A DNA stretch of 49,384 nucleotides from an uncultured Clostridia bacterium (GTDB taxonomy: Bacteria > Bacillota > Clostridia > Oscillospirales > CAG-272). The position numbers were made by a program, and so were the translations under genes. The notes under the pieces were generated by a model that was not told where the DNA came from, did not search any database, and saw only the letters and a list, made by a program, of their open reading frames with translations. The DNA lies in assembly GCA_947652805.1 (NCBI GenBank), contig CANTEM010000001.1, positions 1 to 49,384 of the forward strand, in the 5' to 3' direction. Shown here piece by piece: positions 36,593 to 45,591 of this stretch; within the stretch, counting starts at the first letter, position 1, and every line of letters starts with the position of its first letter.

Positions 36593-37261
36593 TCAGTCGT
36601 CTGCCAGTCCGTCCTGGCGGAGCATCTGACTGAGTACGTCTATATCGGTAGAAATATCTAAATCATCATTTTTATATAATGCGTCCAGCTGCTTTTTCAA
36701 GGCGCTGTCGATTCCCGCGAACGCGTCCTCGATTTTTGTTTCTATTTCCGCAAGGGTCTGCATTTCTTCTGCGTTCCCACGGGACTGTCCCAGAAGAAAG
36801 ATATATTTATCACACAGCTTGCGTATGACTGGAAGATAATACCCCGCAAGTCGGCGGCAGCTTTGAAAATCGGAGGGATCTGCCTGAAGATTTTTTACAA
36901 TCTTATGCAGTGTTGTGCTGACAGACTGAATTCTCTGTGCAAAGGGCGCACGGCTTTCCGGCAGCAGCTCTGCCGCGGCAGTTAAGTGAATCGCCTCTGC
37001 TTCAATCTGCACGCACAGCGCGTCTGCATCCGTGTTGCCGGAGGTGGGGCGGGGCGCATCCACATATTCTTTATATTCCGGTGCAATCACCCAGGTGATC
37101 AGCCATGCGGAAAGACTGACAACTGCTACAATTAAAATATCCGCGGTTCTGTATATGGGATAGAACAGTCCGGCGAGCACCCAGACTGCTGCGCACACCC
37201 ACATAGGCAGCGCAGATTTCTTTTTTATGCAGATTTTTTTATCGGAACGCGCATTTTTCAT
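36593..37261 (-). CDS. xpaC: XpaC-like (5-bromo-4-chloroindolyl phosphate hydrolysis protein family) membrane protein
   Basis: 222 aa with two N-terminal TM helices and a helical C-terminal domain. It lies immediately upstream of the telA/yaaN homologue, as xpaC-yaaN does in B. subtilis. The assignment rests mainly on architecture and synteny. Confidence 0.6.
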   Translation of the reverse strand: MKNARSDKKICIKKKSALPMWVCAAVWVLAGLFYPIYRTADILIVAVVSLSAWLITWVIAPEYKEYVDAPRPTSGNTDADALCVQIEAEAIHLTAAAELLPESRAPFAQRIQSVSTTLHKIVKNLQADPSDFQSCRRLAGYYLPVIRKLCDKYIFLLGQSRGNAEEMQTLAEIETKIEDAFAGIDSALKKQLDALYKNDDLDISTDIDVLSQMLRQDGLADD

Positions 37262-38136
37262 ACCTTTTCTCCGACCTCCTCCGAGGATTTCAATACAACC
37301 GAATCAGACAGTGCAAGGGAAAGAAACCTGCACAGTGCATAAGCCGTCATTCCAAAGCAGCATGCAAGCTGGGAGGGTGCCATATTATATCCGGGAGTTT
37401 CCGTGACGAGTCCCAGAATGGCGCTGATGGAAACAGTACCGCCGATGATTACTGTGAAGATCAGGGAAAACAGATACCGGCAAAAAACGGATTTTCTTCC
37501 CAGAGACAGACCGGCTGTGGCAGTGAGAAACAGCATGAAGGAAATATACATAAGCTGATAAATGATTTTGACAGGGCTGTTTGTAGCGGAGTTTTCATCG
37601 AAATATATGATAAATAACTGCGCAGCCGCATAAAAAGGCGGAAAGAAGGAAGAGCAGACTGCCAGCGAGCTGTTCCGTGCTTTCCCGGGCGCAATATCAC
37701 AGATCAGATAAAGGATAAAAAGCAAGGCAAATATATTGGACGACAATAACAGACACCAGTATGGGAGCGGATGTCCCCAGTAATGCTGGGAAGAGGAGGT
37801 GCCTGCATGGAACAAGCTCAGCAGGGTGGTGCCCATATGCCACAGCAGGGCGATGATAAGCACCCCGGAAACAATTTTTGTATACATGGGAGTAGGAATG
37901 CGGGATCTTTCCGGAACGGTTTTCCTGAAAAGCAGCCAGGATCCCGCGGCAAGCACTACGCTGGCTGCCAGCACAGCATAGAGAAGTCCTGCTTTGACAG
38001 AACCTCTTTCAAAATAGCCAAGCTTTGACGAATAGTCGCTCACAATGGCAAGAGACATACAAAATGCACCGAGGACGGCGAGCAGCACCGCGCCGCACAG
38101 GAGATAAGCCAAAATCGTTTTTTTATTTTTTACCAT
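37258..38136 (-). CDS. Polytopic membrane protein of unknown function, first gene of the operon
   Basis: About 8 predicted TM helices and no recognisable motif. Its stop overlaps the xpaC start (ATGA). The ATG at 38136 is preceded by a GAGGAAGG RBS. The ORF track start is 38190. Confidence 0.6.
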   Translation of the reverse strand: MVKNKKTILAYLLCGAVLLAVLGAFCMSLAIVSDYSSKLGYFERGSVKAGLLYAVLAASVVLAAGSWLLFRKTVPERSRIPTPMYTKIVSGVLIIALLWHMGTTLLSLFHAGTSSSQHYWGHPLPYWCLLLSSNIFALLFILYLICDIAPGKARNSSLAVCSSFFPPFYAAAQLFIIYFDENSATNSPVKIIYQLMYISFMLFLTATAGLSLGRKSVFCRYLFSLIFTVIIGGTVSISAILGLVTETPGYNMAPSQLACCFGMTAYALCRFLSLALSDSVVLKSSEEVGEKV

Positions 38137-38240
38137 AAAGAGCGCCTTCCTCATGCCAATCAATTTTTTACCTATTATATAGAGTAACACAAATCCGGGT
38201 TTAAATCAATATATTTTATGAAAAATTCGCAGGAGAGGTA

Positions 38241-38455
38241 AAAAGCCCCCCTTGTGCTACACCAACTTAAGCCTCCCTTGTGTAAAGGGAGCTGGCTCCG
38301 CAGAGCGGAGACTGAGGGATTGTCCTTACTATCATTTTGAATCATCTTCAAATCGGCAGTTCACGCAAACAATCCCTCCGAGTTTTGCTGCGCAAAACCC
38401 ACCTCCCTTTACACAAGGGAGGCTTAAGTTGGTGTTGCATAAGGGAGCCTTTCTT
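38241..38455. repeat. Nested-palindrome repeat, full copy 4 (best preserved) plus flanking solo arms
   Basis: Perfect 32-nt inverted repeat at 38260-38291 and 38403-38434. Sub-hairpins CTCCGC-AGA-GCGGAG and GTTTTGC-TGC-GCAAAAC. Inner arms at 38314-38323 and 38369-38378, core at 38324-38368. Solo arms at 38243-38258 and 38441-38455. Confidence 0.9.
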
Positions 38456-38591
38456 TTCGCAAACTCCTTTATCTTGTGCCATTTCCGCACCCAAACACAA
38501 CATATATAAAGCTTCGTCATAATGCACAAATAAATTCGCAAAAATTCTATAAAAATTTCCGAAATTTCTTTTAAAAAAATTTGCACATCCG

Positions 38592-38620
38592 TTGCAATAC
38601 AATGGAAATTATGGTAAAAT
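38592..38620 (+). promoter_or_regulatory. Strong sigma-A promoter of the S10 operon with A/T-rich UP-like tract
   Basis: TTGCAA (38592-38597), a 17-nt spacer, then extended -10 TGgTAAAAT (38612-38620). The upstream 38540-38590 is A/T-rich (AAAAATTTCCGAAATTTCTTTTAAAAAAATTT). Confidence 0.65.
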
Positions 38621-38626
38621 TACAAG

Positions 38627-38937
38627 GCTTGATGTGCGATGAAACGGAAGGTTGCCGCCCTTTTTGCTACAGAGGACGGGGAATTTCCGTGGAGTATGTC
38701 CGTTTTGAAAACGGGCGAAGCGAACGCGAGCGCAGGCGGGCAGTCGATGTGTGTAAGACTGACCTGCGGATCTCTGCACTGCTCCGGCAGGGCGGAATGT
38801 GTCCGGATGAAAAGTACGGCGGATTTGTGGTTGCACCGCCGGAGTGCTTTTTGATCCGGTTTCCTTCAGGAGATCCTGGAAACGCCCGGGAGCGTGTTCG
38901 TCGCCTCGGCAAGTAAAAAAATTTAGGAGGCAAAACA
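38627..38937 (+). promoter_or_regulatory. Long GC-rich 5' leader of the S10 operon with a terminator-like element
   Basis: About 310 nt lie between the predicted TSS and the rpsJ GTG. Stems: CGGCGG (38817-38822) with CCGCCG (38836-38841), and an overlapping alternative GCACT (38776-38780) with AGTGC (38843-38847) followed by TTTTT (38848-38852). A further hairpin GGTTTCC...GGAAAC lies at about 38858-38882. Confidence 0.4.
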
Positions 38938-39249
38938 GTGGCAACAAAGATCAAGGTTCGGCTCAAGAGTTATGAGCACACGCTGGCAGACAGCGCAGCA
39001 GCTAAAATTGTGGAAGTTGCAAAAAGAGCAGGCGCACAGGTTTCCGGTCCGATTCCCCTTCCCACAGAGAAGGAAATCGTAACCATCCTGCGTGCAGTAC
39101 ACAAGTATAAGGACAGCCGCGAACAGTTTGAACAGCGCACGCACAAGAGACTGATCGTCCTTGAAAACGCTGATGCAAAGGTTGTTGAATCCCTTCTGGG
39201 TGTGGAACTTCCCGCGGGCGTTGAAATTGAAGCGAAAGAAGTAAAGTAA
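38938..39249 (+). CDS. rpsJ: 30S ribosomal protein S10
   Basis: GTG start 7 nt after [16 protein letters not shown]...GPIPLPT...RTHKRLI matches S10. Confidence 0.97.
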   Translation: MATKIKVRLKSYEHTLADSAAAKIVEVAKRAGAQVSGPIPLPTEKEIVTILRAVHKYKDSREQFEQRTHKRLIVLENADAKVVESLLGVELPAGVEIEAKEVK

Positions 39250-39400
39250 GCTTTTATCGCGAAACAGCCGATTTTCCCCGTACAGAACGGACGCCCGGAA
39301 AAGGCGGACGCTTGATGGCGGAAAGGTCAAGTTGGCGGCTGCGGCGTGGCTGCCGCGCAAAACAAAAGACGTCAACCAATAACCTTATTTGGAGGAAAAA

Positions 39401-40033
39401 ATGAAAAAAGGAATCATTGGAAAGAAGCTGGGCATGACCCAGATCTTCGCTGAAAACGGCGCTGCGATCCCTGTAACGGTGATTGATGCCGGTCCGTGTT
39501 TCGTTGTACAGAAGAAAACACAGGCTACCGACGGCTATAGCGCAGTACAGCTCGGTTATGAAGACATCCGGGAAAAGCTGGTAACAAAACCCCGCGCCGG
39601 ACACTTCAAAAAAGCAAACGTGCCCGCAAAGCGGCACCTGAAAGAATTCCGTCTTGAAAACGCTGAAGAAATGAACGTGGGCGACGTAGTGGCCGTCGAT
39701 ACCTTCGCCGCAGGCGAAAAGGTCGACATCACAGGCATTACAAAGGGCCGCGGATATACCGGCGCAGTAAAAAGATGGGGTCACCACATTTTAAGAATGA
39801 CACACGGTACAGGACCGATTCACCGTCAGGTGGGTTCCATGGGCGCATGCTCCACTCCGTCCCGTGTCATGAAAAATAAAAAGATGGCAGGACAGTACGG
39901 TAACGAACAGGTAACCGTTCTGAATCTGGAAGTTGTTAAAATCGATGCGGAAAAAGGACTGATTGCCGTAAAGGGTGCCGTTCCCGGCGCTAAAGGCGGA
40001 ATCGTATTTATCCGTGACAGCGTGAAAGCATAA
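39401..40033 (+). CDS. rplC: 50S ribosomal protein L3
   Basis: [16 protein letters not shown]... The ATG at 39401 follows a GGAGG RBS. The ORF-track TTG at 39389 overlaps that RBS. Confidence 0.97.
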   Translation: MKKGIIGKKLGMTQIFAENGAAIPVTVIDAGPCFVVQKKTQATDGYSAVQLGYEDIREKLVTKPRAGHFKKANVPAKRHLKEFRLENAEEMNVGDVVAVDTFAAGEKVDITGITKGRGYTGAVKRWGHHILRMTHGTGPIHRQVGSMGACSTPSRVMKNKKMAGQYGNEQVTVLNLEVVKIDAEKGLIAVKGAVPGAKGGIVFIRDSVKA

Positions 40034-40052
40034 GGGGAAGGAGGAAGAACAA

Positions 40053-40679
40053 ATGCCAGAGATTAAAGTAGTAAACATGGCAGGTGCCGATGCAGGCACA
40101 ATGAAACTGTCTGATAAAGTGTTTGGCGCAGAGGTAAAACCCAGCATCCTCCATTCTGCTGTAAGAATGTATCTGCTGAACCAGCGCCAGGGTACCCAGT
40201 CCACTCTGACCCGTACAGAAGTATCCGGCGGCGGCAAAAAGCCCTGGAGACAGAAGGGAAGCGGACGTGCAAGACAGGGTTCCACCCGTTCTCCCCAGTG
40301 GACACACGGCGGCGTAGCCCTTGGTCCGAAGCCCCGCTCCTACCGGGTGACAATGAACAAGAAGACAAAGCAGAAGGCACTCTTCGGCGCATTGTCCGCA
40401 AAGGTAGCAGGCAGCGAACTGATCGTAGTTGACCAGATCGCAGCCAGCGAATACAAGACCAAGGTAATGGCGAAAATGCTCGGCGATATCGGCGCGGCAA
40501 AGAAAACCCTTGTTGTGCTTCCCGAGGTAGACTGCAAGGTGATCGCAAGCCTTCAGAATATCGAGGGCGTAAAGGTTGCACAGTACAACGCCATTAACGT
40601 ATACGACATACTGAACTGCGATTCCCTGGTTGCCAGCAAGGCTGCTGTGGAGAAAATCGAGGAGGTATACGCGAAATGA
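40053..40679 (+). CDS. rplD: 50S ribosomal protein L4
   Basis: GGGKKPWRQKGSGRARQGS motif and S10-operon order. Confidence 0.97.
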   Translation: MPEIKVVNMAGADAGTMKLSDKVFGAEVKPSILHSAVRMYLLNQRQGTQSTLTRTEVSGGGKKPWRQKGSGRARQGSTRSPQWTHGGVALGPKPRSYRVTMNKKTKQKALFGALSAKVAGSELIVVDQIAASEYKTKVMAKMLGDIGAAKKTLVVLPEVDCKVIASLQNIEGVKVAQYNAINVYDILNCDSLVASKAAVEKIEEVYAK

Positions 40680-40969
40680 AATTAGCACAGGACATTATCT
40701 TGAAGCCGATTATCACCGAGAAGGCAATGGACGATATCTCCATGAAGAAATACACCTTCAAGGTAGACCCGGACGCAACAAAGCCTGAAATTGCAAAAGC
40801 AGTGGAAGAGCTGTTCGGCGTGAAGGTAGCGGCTGTAAACACAATGAACATGAAAAGAAAACCCAAGAGACTCCGTTACAGCAGCGGTTACACCGCAGCA
40901 TGGACCAAGGCGATCGTAACACTGACCGCTGACTCCAAGACGATTGAGTTCTTTGAGGGAATGAACTAA
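40676..40969 (+). CDS. rplW: 50S ribosomal protein L23
   Basis: ILKPIITEKA...KYTFKVD... Overlaps the rplD stop (ATGA). Confidence 0.97.
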   Translation: MKLAQDIILKPIITEKAMDDISMKKYTFKVDPDATKPEIAKAVEELFGVKVAAVNTMNMKRKPKRLRYSSGYTAAWTKAIVTLTADSKTIEFFEGMN

Positions 40970-40983
40970 GGGAGGAGTAGAAA

Positions 40984-41814
40984 ATGCCTACAATTAAGTA
41001 TAAGCCTACGACGCCGGCAAGAAGAAATATGTCGGTTTCCTCCTTTGTGGAAATCACAAAGAAGACTCCTGAAAAAAGCCTTCTGGAAGTAAAGAAAAAG
41101 CATGCCGGCCGTAACAGCTATGGCCGCATCACCGTTCGCCATAAGGGCGGCGGAAACCGTCAGAAATACCGTGTGATCGACTTCCGCCGTGATTCTGATA
41201 AGCCCGCAACTGTAATCGGCGTTGAGTACGACCCGAACCGCTCCGCTTACATCGCACTTGTACAGGACGATGCAGGCAAAAAGAGCTATGTGCTCTGCCC
41301 CGTGGGCGTAACCGACGGCACTGTACTTCACAACGGCGCAGGCGCAGATATCAAACCGGGTAACACCCTGGAAATCGCGGATATCCCTGTCGGTACCTTC
41401 ATCCACAACATCGAGCTGTATCCCGGCAAGGGCGGTCAGCTGGTTCGTGCAGCAGGCACCCAGGCACAGCTCATGGCAAAAGAAGGCTCCATGGCACAGG
41501 TTCGTCTGCCTTCTGGCGAAGTGCGTTATATCCGGATGAACTGCAAAGCAACCATCGGTCAGGTGAGCAACATCGAACACGACACCGTAAAAATCGGTAA
41601 AGCAGGTCGTAAGCGTCACATGGGTATCCGCCCGACCGTACGCGGTTCCGTAATGAACCCCTGCGATCACCCCCACGGTGGTGGTGAAGGACGTTCTCCC
41701 ATCGGTCGTCCGGGCCCTGTAACTCCTTGGGGCAAGCCTGCTCTGGGTTATAAGACACGGAAAAAGAAGAACACAACGGATAAGTTCATCGTAAAACGCA
41801 GAAACAGCAAGTAA
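40984..41814 (+). CDS. rplB: 50S ribosomal protein L2
   Basis: 276 aa. [16 protein letters not shown] and HPHGGGEGR motifs. Confidence 0.98.
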   Translation: MPTIKYKPTTPARRNMSVSSFVEITKKTPEKSLLEVKKKHAGRNSYGRITVRHKGGGNRQKYRVIDFRRDSDKPATVIGVEYDPNRSAYIALVQDDAGKKSYVLCPVGVTDGTVLHNGAGADIKPGNTLEIADIPVGTFIHNIELYPGKGGQLVRAAGTQAQLMAKEGSMAQVRLPSGEVRYIRMNCKATIGQVSNIEHDTVKIGKAGRKRHMGIRPTVRGSVMNPCDHPHGGGEGRSPIGRPGPVTPWGKPALGYKTRKKKNTTDKFIVKRRNSK

Positions 41815-41831
41815 GGAAGGAGTAAGTTTTC

Positions 41832-42116
41832 ATGAGCAGAAGTTTGAAGAAAGCCCCCTTCGTCGAAGCTAAGCTGTACGCTCGCGTATGCGCTATGAAT
41901 GAGAAGGGTGAGAAAAAGGTGCTCAAAACATGGTCGAGAGCATCCACCATATTCCCTGAGTTTGTTGGACACACCTTTGCTGTACACGACGGAAGAAAAC
42001 ACATCCCCGTATACGTAACAGAGGACATGGTCGGTCATAAGCTGGGTGAGTTCGCACCCACCCGTACCTTTAAAGGTCACGCCGGCTCCAAAACATCCAA
42101 CTCAGGTAAGAAATAA
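41832..42116 (+). CDS. rpsS: 30S ribosomal protein S19
   Basis: [11 protein letters not shown]...[29 protein letters not shown]. Confidence 0.98.
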   Translation: MSRSLKKAPFVEAKLYARVCAMNEKGEKKVLKTWSRASTIFPEFVGHTFAVHDGRKHIPVYVTEDMVGHKLGEFAPTRTFKGHAGSKTSNSGKK

Positions 42117-42135
42117 TTAGGGAGGAAATGTAGAA

Positions 42136-42483
42136 ATGGAACAGACCAAAGAAGCAAGATCCTATCTGAAGTTTGTGCGCATCTCCCCCCGGAAGGTTAA
42201 AATCGTTCTGGATTTGATCCGCGGCAAGGATGTGAAGGTAGCGCGCGGTATTCTGAAGAATACCCCCAAGGCTGCATGCGAACATCTCATTAAGCTGCTG
42301 GATCGCGCTGTTGCAGATGCAGACAACAACTTCGGAATGGATACAGACAGACTGTATGTGTCCGAGTGCTTTGTAACTCCCGGCATGACGCTGAAAAGAA
42401 TGATGCCCAGAGGTAAGGGAAGCGCAGACAGAATTCTGAAAAGAACCAGTCACATCACCCTCGCGGTGAAAGAAAAGGAATGA
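42136..42483 (+). CDS. rplV: 50S ribosomal protein L22
   Basis: [18 protein letters not shown]...A L22 signature, in the correct operon position. Confidence 0.97.
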   Translation: MEQTKEARSYLKFVRISPRKVKIVLDLIRGKDVKVARGILKNTPKAACEHLIKLLDRAVADADNNFGMDTDRLYVSECFVTPGMTLKRMMPRGKGSADRILKRTSHITLAVKEKE

Positions 42484-42499
42484 AGGAGGCAAGGAGACA

Positions 42500-43348
42500 A
42501 TGGGTCAGAAAGTAAATCCCCACGGCTTTCGCGTGGGAGTCATTAAAAACTGGGACTCCAGATGGTACGCCAAAGACGAAGTGTTCGGCGATACCCTGGT
42601 AAACGACTACAACGTAAGAAAATACCTGAAGAAACGTCTCATGAACGCCGGCATTCCGAGAATTGAGATCGAACGGGACAACACCGGCAAAATCCGCGTT
42701 TACATTCACTGCGCAAAGCCCGGCATGATCATCGGCCGTGACGGCGCGGAGATCGAAAAGCTGCGCGTTGATCTGGAAAAGATGACCGGCGCACCTGTGT
42801 CCGTGAACGTAATCGCAGTAAAACCTGTGGAAATGAGCGCACAGCTCGTTGCAGAAAACATCGCAAGCCAGCTGGAACGCCGGATCGGTTTCCGCCGTGC
42901 TATGAAGCAGTCCATCGGACGCACCATGCGTATGGGCGCAAAGGGTATCAAGATTACTGTGTCCGGCCGTCTGGGCGGCGCGGAAATCGCCCGCAGCGAG
43001 CACTATCATGAGGGTACAATCCCGCTGCAGACACTGCGTGCCGATATCGATTACGGTTTTTGGGAAGCAAATACCACTTACGGTAAAATCGGCGTAAAGG
43101 TTTGGATCTACAAGGGCGAGGTTCTCCCCGAAGTAGCAAGAGTACAGACCGGCGCATCCGAAGAACGCCGCCAGCAGAACAACCGTCGGGATAACCGCGG
43201 CAGAGGCGACCGCCGCGACAATCGCGGACGCGGCGACCGCAGAGACAACCGCGGCGGAAACCGTCGTGACGGCGGCAGACCGGGTTTTAACCGCGCAGGC
43301 GGTCAGGGTCGGGGCCCCAGAAATAACAGTGAAGGGGGCGCGAAATAA
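42500..43348 (+). CDS. rpsC: 30S ribosomal protein S3 with ~60-aa Arg/Gly/Asp-rich C-terminal extension
   Basis: [13 protein letters not shown]..., a KH domain and the S3 C-terminal domain. The tail is [41 protein letters not shown]..., encoded by about three 27-nt tandem units (43190-43267). Confidence 0.97.
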   Translation: MGQKVNPHGFRVGVIKNWDSRWYAKDEVFGDTLVNDYNVRKYLKKRLMNAGIPRIEIERDNTGKIRVYIHCAKPGMIIGRDGAEIEKLRVDLEKMTGAPVSVNVIAVKPVEMSAQLVAENIASQLERRIGFRRAMKQSIGRTMRMGAKGIKITVSGRLGGAEIARSEHYHEGTIPLQTLRADIDYGFWEANTTYGKIGVKVWIYKGEVLPEVARVQTGASEERRQQNNRRDNRGRGDRRDNRGRGDRRDNRGGNRRDGGRPGFNRAGGQGRGPRNNSEGGAK

Positions 43349-43779
43349 TGTTAATGCCGAAAAGAGTAAAGTACAGACGTGTACACAGAGGTCGTATGAA
43401 GGGCCGCGCAACCCGCGGTAACAGAATTACCAACGGTACATTCGGTCTGATTGCACAGGAACCCGCATGGATCACCAGCAACCAGATTGAGGCAGCCCGT
43501 ATTGCGATGACCCGTTACACCAAGCGTGGCGGTAAAGTATGGATTAAGATTTTCCCCGATAAGCCGATCACCGAGAAGCCGGCTGAAACCCGAATGGGTT
43601 CCGGTAAAGGTTCTCCCGAATATTGGGTGGCTGTGGTTAAACCGGGCCGCGTAATGTTCGAAATGGACGGCGTATCCGAGGAAGTAGCAAGAGAAGCAAT
43701 GCGTCTTGCAATGCACAAGCTCCCCATTAAGTGTCGCTTTGCGACCAAGGAGCAGCTTGACAAGGAACTGGAGGGATAA
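43348..43779 (+). CDS. rplP: 50S ribosomal protein L16
   Basis: [19 protein letters not shown]... The ATG overlaps the rpsC TAA by 1 nt (TAATG). Confidence 0.98.
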   Translation: MLMPKRVKYRRVHRGRMKGRATRGNRITNGTFGLIAQEPAWITSNQIEAARIAMTRYTKRGGKVWIKIFPDKPITEKPAETRMGSGKGSPEYWVAVVKPGRVMFEMDGVSEEVAREAMRLAMHKLPIKCRFATKEQLDKELEG

Positions 43780-43782
43780 GCT

Positions 43783-43971
43783 GTGAAAGCAACTGAACTG
43801 AGAAAAATGTCGGAAGCAGATCTGGGCACCAAGCTGTTGGACCTGAAAAAGGAACTGTTCAATCTGCGTTTCCAGCACGCAATCAATCAGCTTGACAACC
43901 CCCACAAGATTGCGGATGTAAAGAAAGATATCGCGCGGGTTATGACCATAATCCGTGAGAAGAAAGCGTAA
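43783..43971 (+). CDS. rpmC: 50S ribosomal protein L29
   Basis: GTG start, 62 aa. [10 protein letters not shown]...[11 protein letters not shown] signature. Confidence 0.95.
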   Translation: MKATELRKMSEADLGTKLLDLKKELFNLRFQHAINQLDNPHKIADVKKDIARVMTIIREKKA

Positions 43972-43985
43972 GGGGGTACTGACGA

Positions 43986-44249
43986 ATGGCAGACGAAACA
44001 CGCGCACTGAGAAAGACCAGAGTGGGCAAGGTAGTCAGCGATAAAATGGACAAGACCATTGTTATTGCGATCACCGATCACGTAAAGCATCCCACTTACG
44101 GCAAAATTATTAAAAGAACTGTAAAACTCCACGCTCATGACGAGGAAAACGCATGCGGTGTTGGAGATACCGTAAAGGTAATGGAAACCAGACCGCTGTC
44201 CAAATCCAAGAGATGGCGTCTTGTGGAAATCATCGAGAAGGCGAAGTAA
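43986..44249 (+). CDS. rpsQ: 30S ribosomal protein S17
   Basis: [16 protein letters not shown]...[13 protein letters not shown]...[11 protein letters not shown]. Confidence 0.97.
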   Translation: MADETRALRKTRVGKVVSDKMDKTIVIAITDHVKHPTYGKIIKRTVKLHAHDEENACGVGDTVKVMETRPLSKSKRWRLVEIIEKAK

Positions 44250-44321
44250 TCTTCACCGCTCCTAAAAAAAGGATATGTCAAAGCGCATACCGAAAAATTC
44301 AACAGGAGGACTTGCTATAAA

Positions 44322-44690
44322 ATGATTCAGCAGCAGTCACTAATGAAGGTAGCTGACAACACCGGTGCAAAAGAACTGATGTGCATCCGCGTGCTGGGCG
44401 GCTCCGGCAGACGTTACGGCAACATCGGCGATGTGGTCGTATGTGCTGTAAAGAAAGCAGCTCCCGGCGGCGTAGTGAAAAAAGGCGACGTTGTCCGCGC
44501 TGTTATAGTAAGAAGCGTTAAGGGACTTCGCCGTGCCGACGGTTCTTACATTAAATTTGATGAAAACGCAGCCGTTATCATCAACGACGATAAAAACCCC
44601 AAGGGAACCCGTATCTTTGGACCGGTGGCGCGCGAACTGCGTGAGCACGAGTACACCAAGATCCTGTCCCTTGCACCGGAAGTACTGTAA
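44322..44690 (+). CDS. rplN: 50S ribosomal protein L14
   Basis: [27 protein letters not shown]... Confidence 0.98.
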   Translation: MIQQQSLMKVADNTGAKELMCIRVLGGSGRRYGNIGDVVVCAVKKAAPGGVVKKGDVVRAVIVRSVKGLRRADGSYIKFDENAAVIINDDKNPKGTRIFGPVARELREHEYTKILSLAPEVL

Positions 44691-44705
44691 AGGAGGCACA
44701 CTGAA

Positions 44706-45020
44706 ATGAAAAAAGTTCATGTAAAGCGCGACGATACAGTTATTATCGTGTCCGGAGACGACAAGGGCAAAACCGGTAAGGTTTTACAGGTAGCACCCAA
44801 GGAAGGCAAGATCATTGTCGAGGGCGTCAACATTGTGAAAAAGCATGTAAAACCCCGTCCGCCCCAGGAAAACGGCGGCATCGTAGAGGCAGAAGGCGCT
44901 TTCTACGCAAGCAAGGCACAGCTGTACTGCAGCAAGTGCAAAAAGGCAACCCGTCCTTCCGTAAAGATCGACGGCGACCAGAAAAAAAGAGTCTGCGCAA
45001 AATGCGGCGCAGAAATTTAA
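44706..45020 (+). CDS. rplX: 50S ribosomal protein L24
   Basis: A KOW motif (VKRDDTVIIVSGDDKGKTGKV), in the correct operon position. Confidence 0.96.
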   Translation: MKKVHVKRDDTVIIVSGDDKGKTGKVLQVAPKEGKIIVEGVNIVKKHVKPRPPQENGGIVEAEGAFYASKAQLYCSKCKKATRPSVKIDGDQKKRVCAKCGAEI

Positions 45021-45035
45021 GGGAGGAAAACGTAA

Positions 45036-45590
45036 ATGGCTAGAATCAAAGATTTATATCAATCCGACGTTGCTCCCGCTCTGATGAAAAAATATCAGTA
45101 TGAAAGCGTTATGCAGATTCCGAAGCTGGACAAAATCGTTGTCAATGTAGGAGCTGGTGACGCGAAGGACAATGGAAAGGTAATTGATACCATCATCAGC
45201 GAACTTACCGCAATCACAGGACAGAAGGCAGTTCCTACCTTTGCCAGAAAGTCCGTTGCAAACTTCAAGCTGCGTGAAGGCATGAAGATCGGCGCAAAGG
45301 TAACCCTGCGCGGTCAGAATATGTACGAGTTTGTAGACAGACTCTTCAACTTTGCGCTGCCCCGGGTACGTGACTTCAAAGGCATCAATCCCGATGCATT
45401 TGACGGCCGCGGCAACTATGCCCTGGGTCTGAAGGAACAGCTTATCTTCCCGGAAATCGAATATGACAAAATCGATAAGATCCGCGGAATGGACATTGTG
45501 TTCGTAACAACAGCAAACACAGACGCTGAAGCAAGAGATCTGCTCAGCATGCTGGGCGCACCCTTTGCAAAGGAAGGAGCAGAGAAGTAA
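45036..45590 (+). CDS. rplE: 50S ribosomal protein L5
   Basis: [12 protein letters not shown]...[20 protein letters not shown]. Confidence 0.98.
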   Translation: MARIKDLYQSDVAPALMKKYQYESVMQIPKLDKIVVNVGAGDAKDNGKVIDTIISELTAITGQKAVPTFARKSVANFKLREGMKIGAKVTLRGQNMYEFVDRLFNFALPRVRDFKGINPDAFDGRGNYALGLKEQLIFPEIEYDKIDKIRGMDIVFVTTANTDAEARDLLSMLGAPFAKEGAEK

Positions 45591-45591
45591 G

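Noticed and set aside
38314-38378. The idea that the invertible-looking core carries a phase-variable promoter (a classical inverton).
   Set aside because: The core is only ~45 nt. Its -35 and -10-like hexamers (TTGGAT or TTGAAT ... TATTAC) are not conserved among copies. No recombinase gene is nearby. Hairpin-loop inversion by template switching is at least as likely, so the promoter-switch interpretation is not claimed.
38581-38916. 111-aa ORF in the region upstream of rpsJ, with overlapping ORFs in other frames and on the other strand.
   Set aside because: It begins upstream of the predicted transcription start and has only a weak RBS for internal ATGs. It matches no family I recognise. 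Several frames on both strands are open here, which points to GC-rich non-coding sequence (the leader) rather than a gene. It is kept as an alternative in the S10 leader finding.
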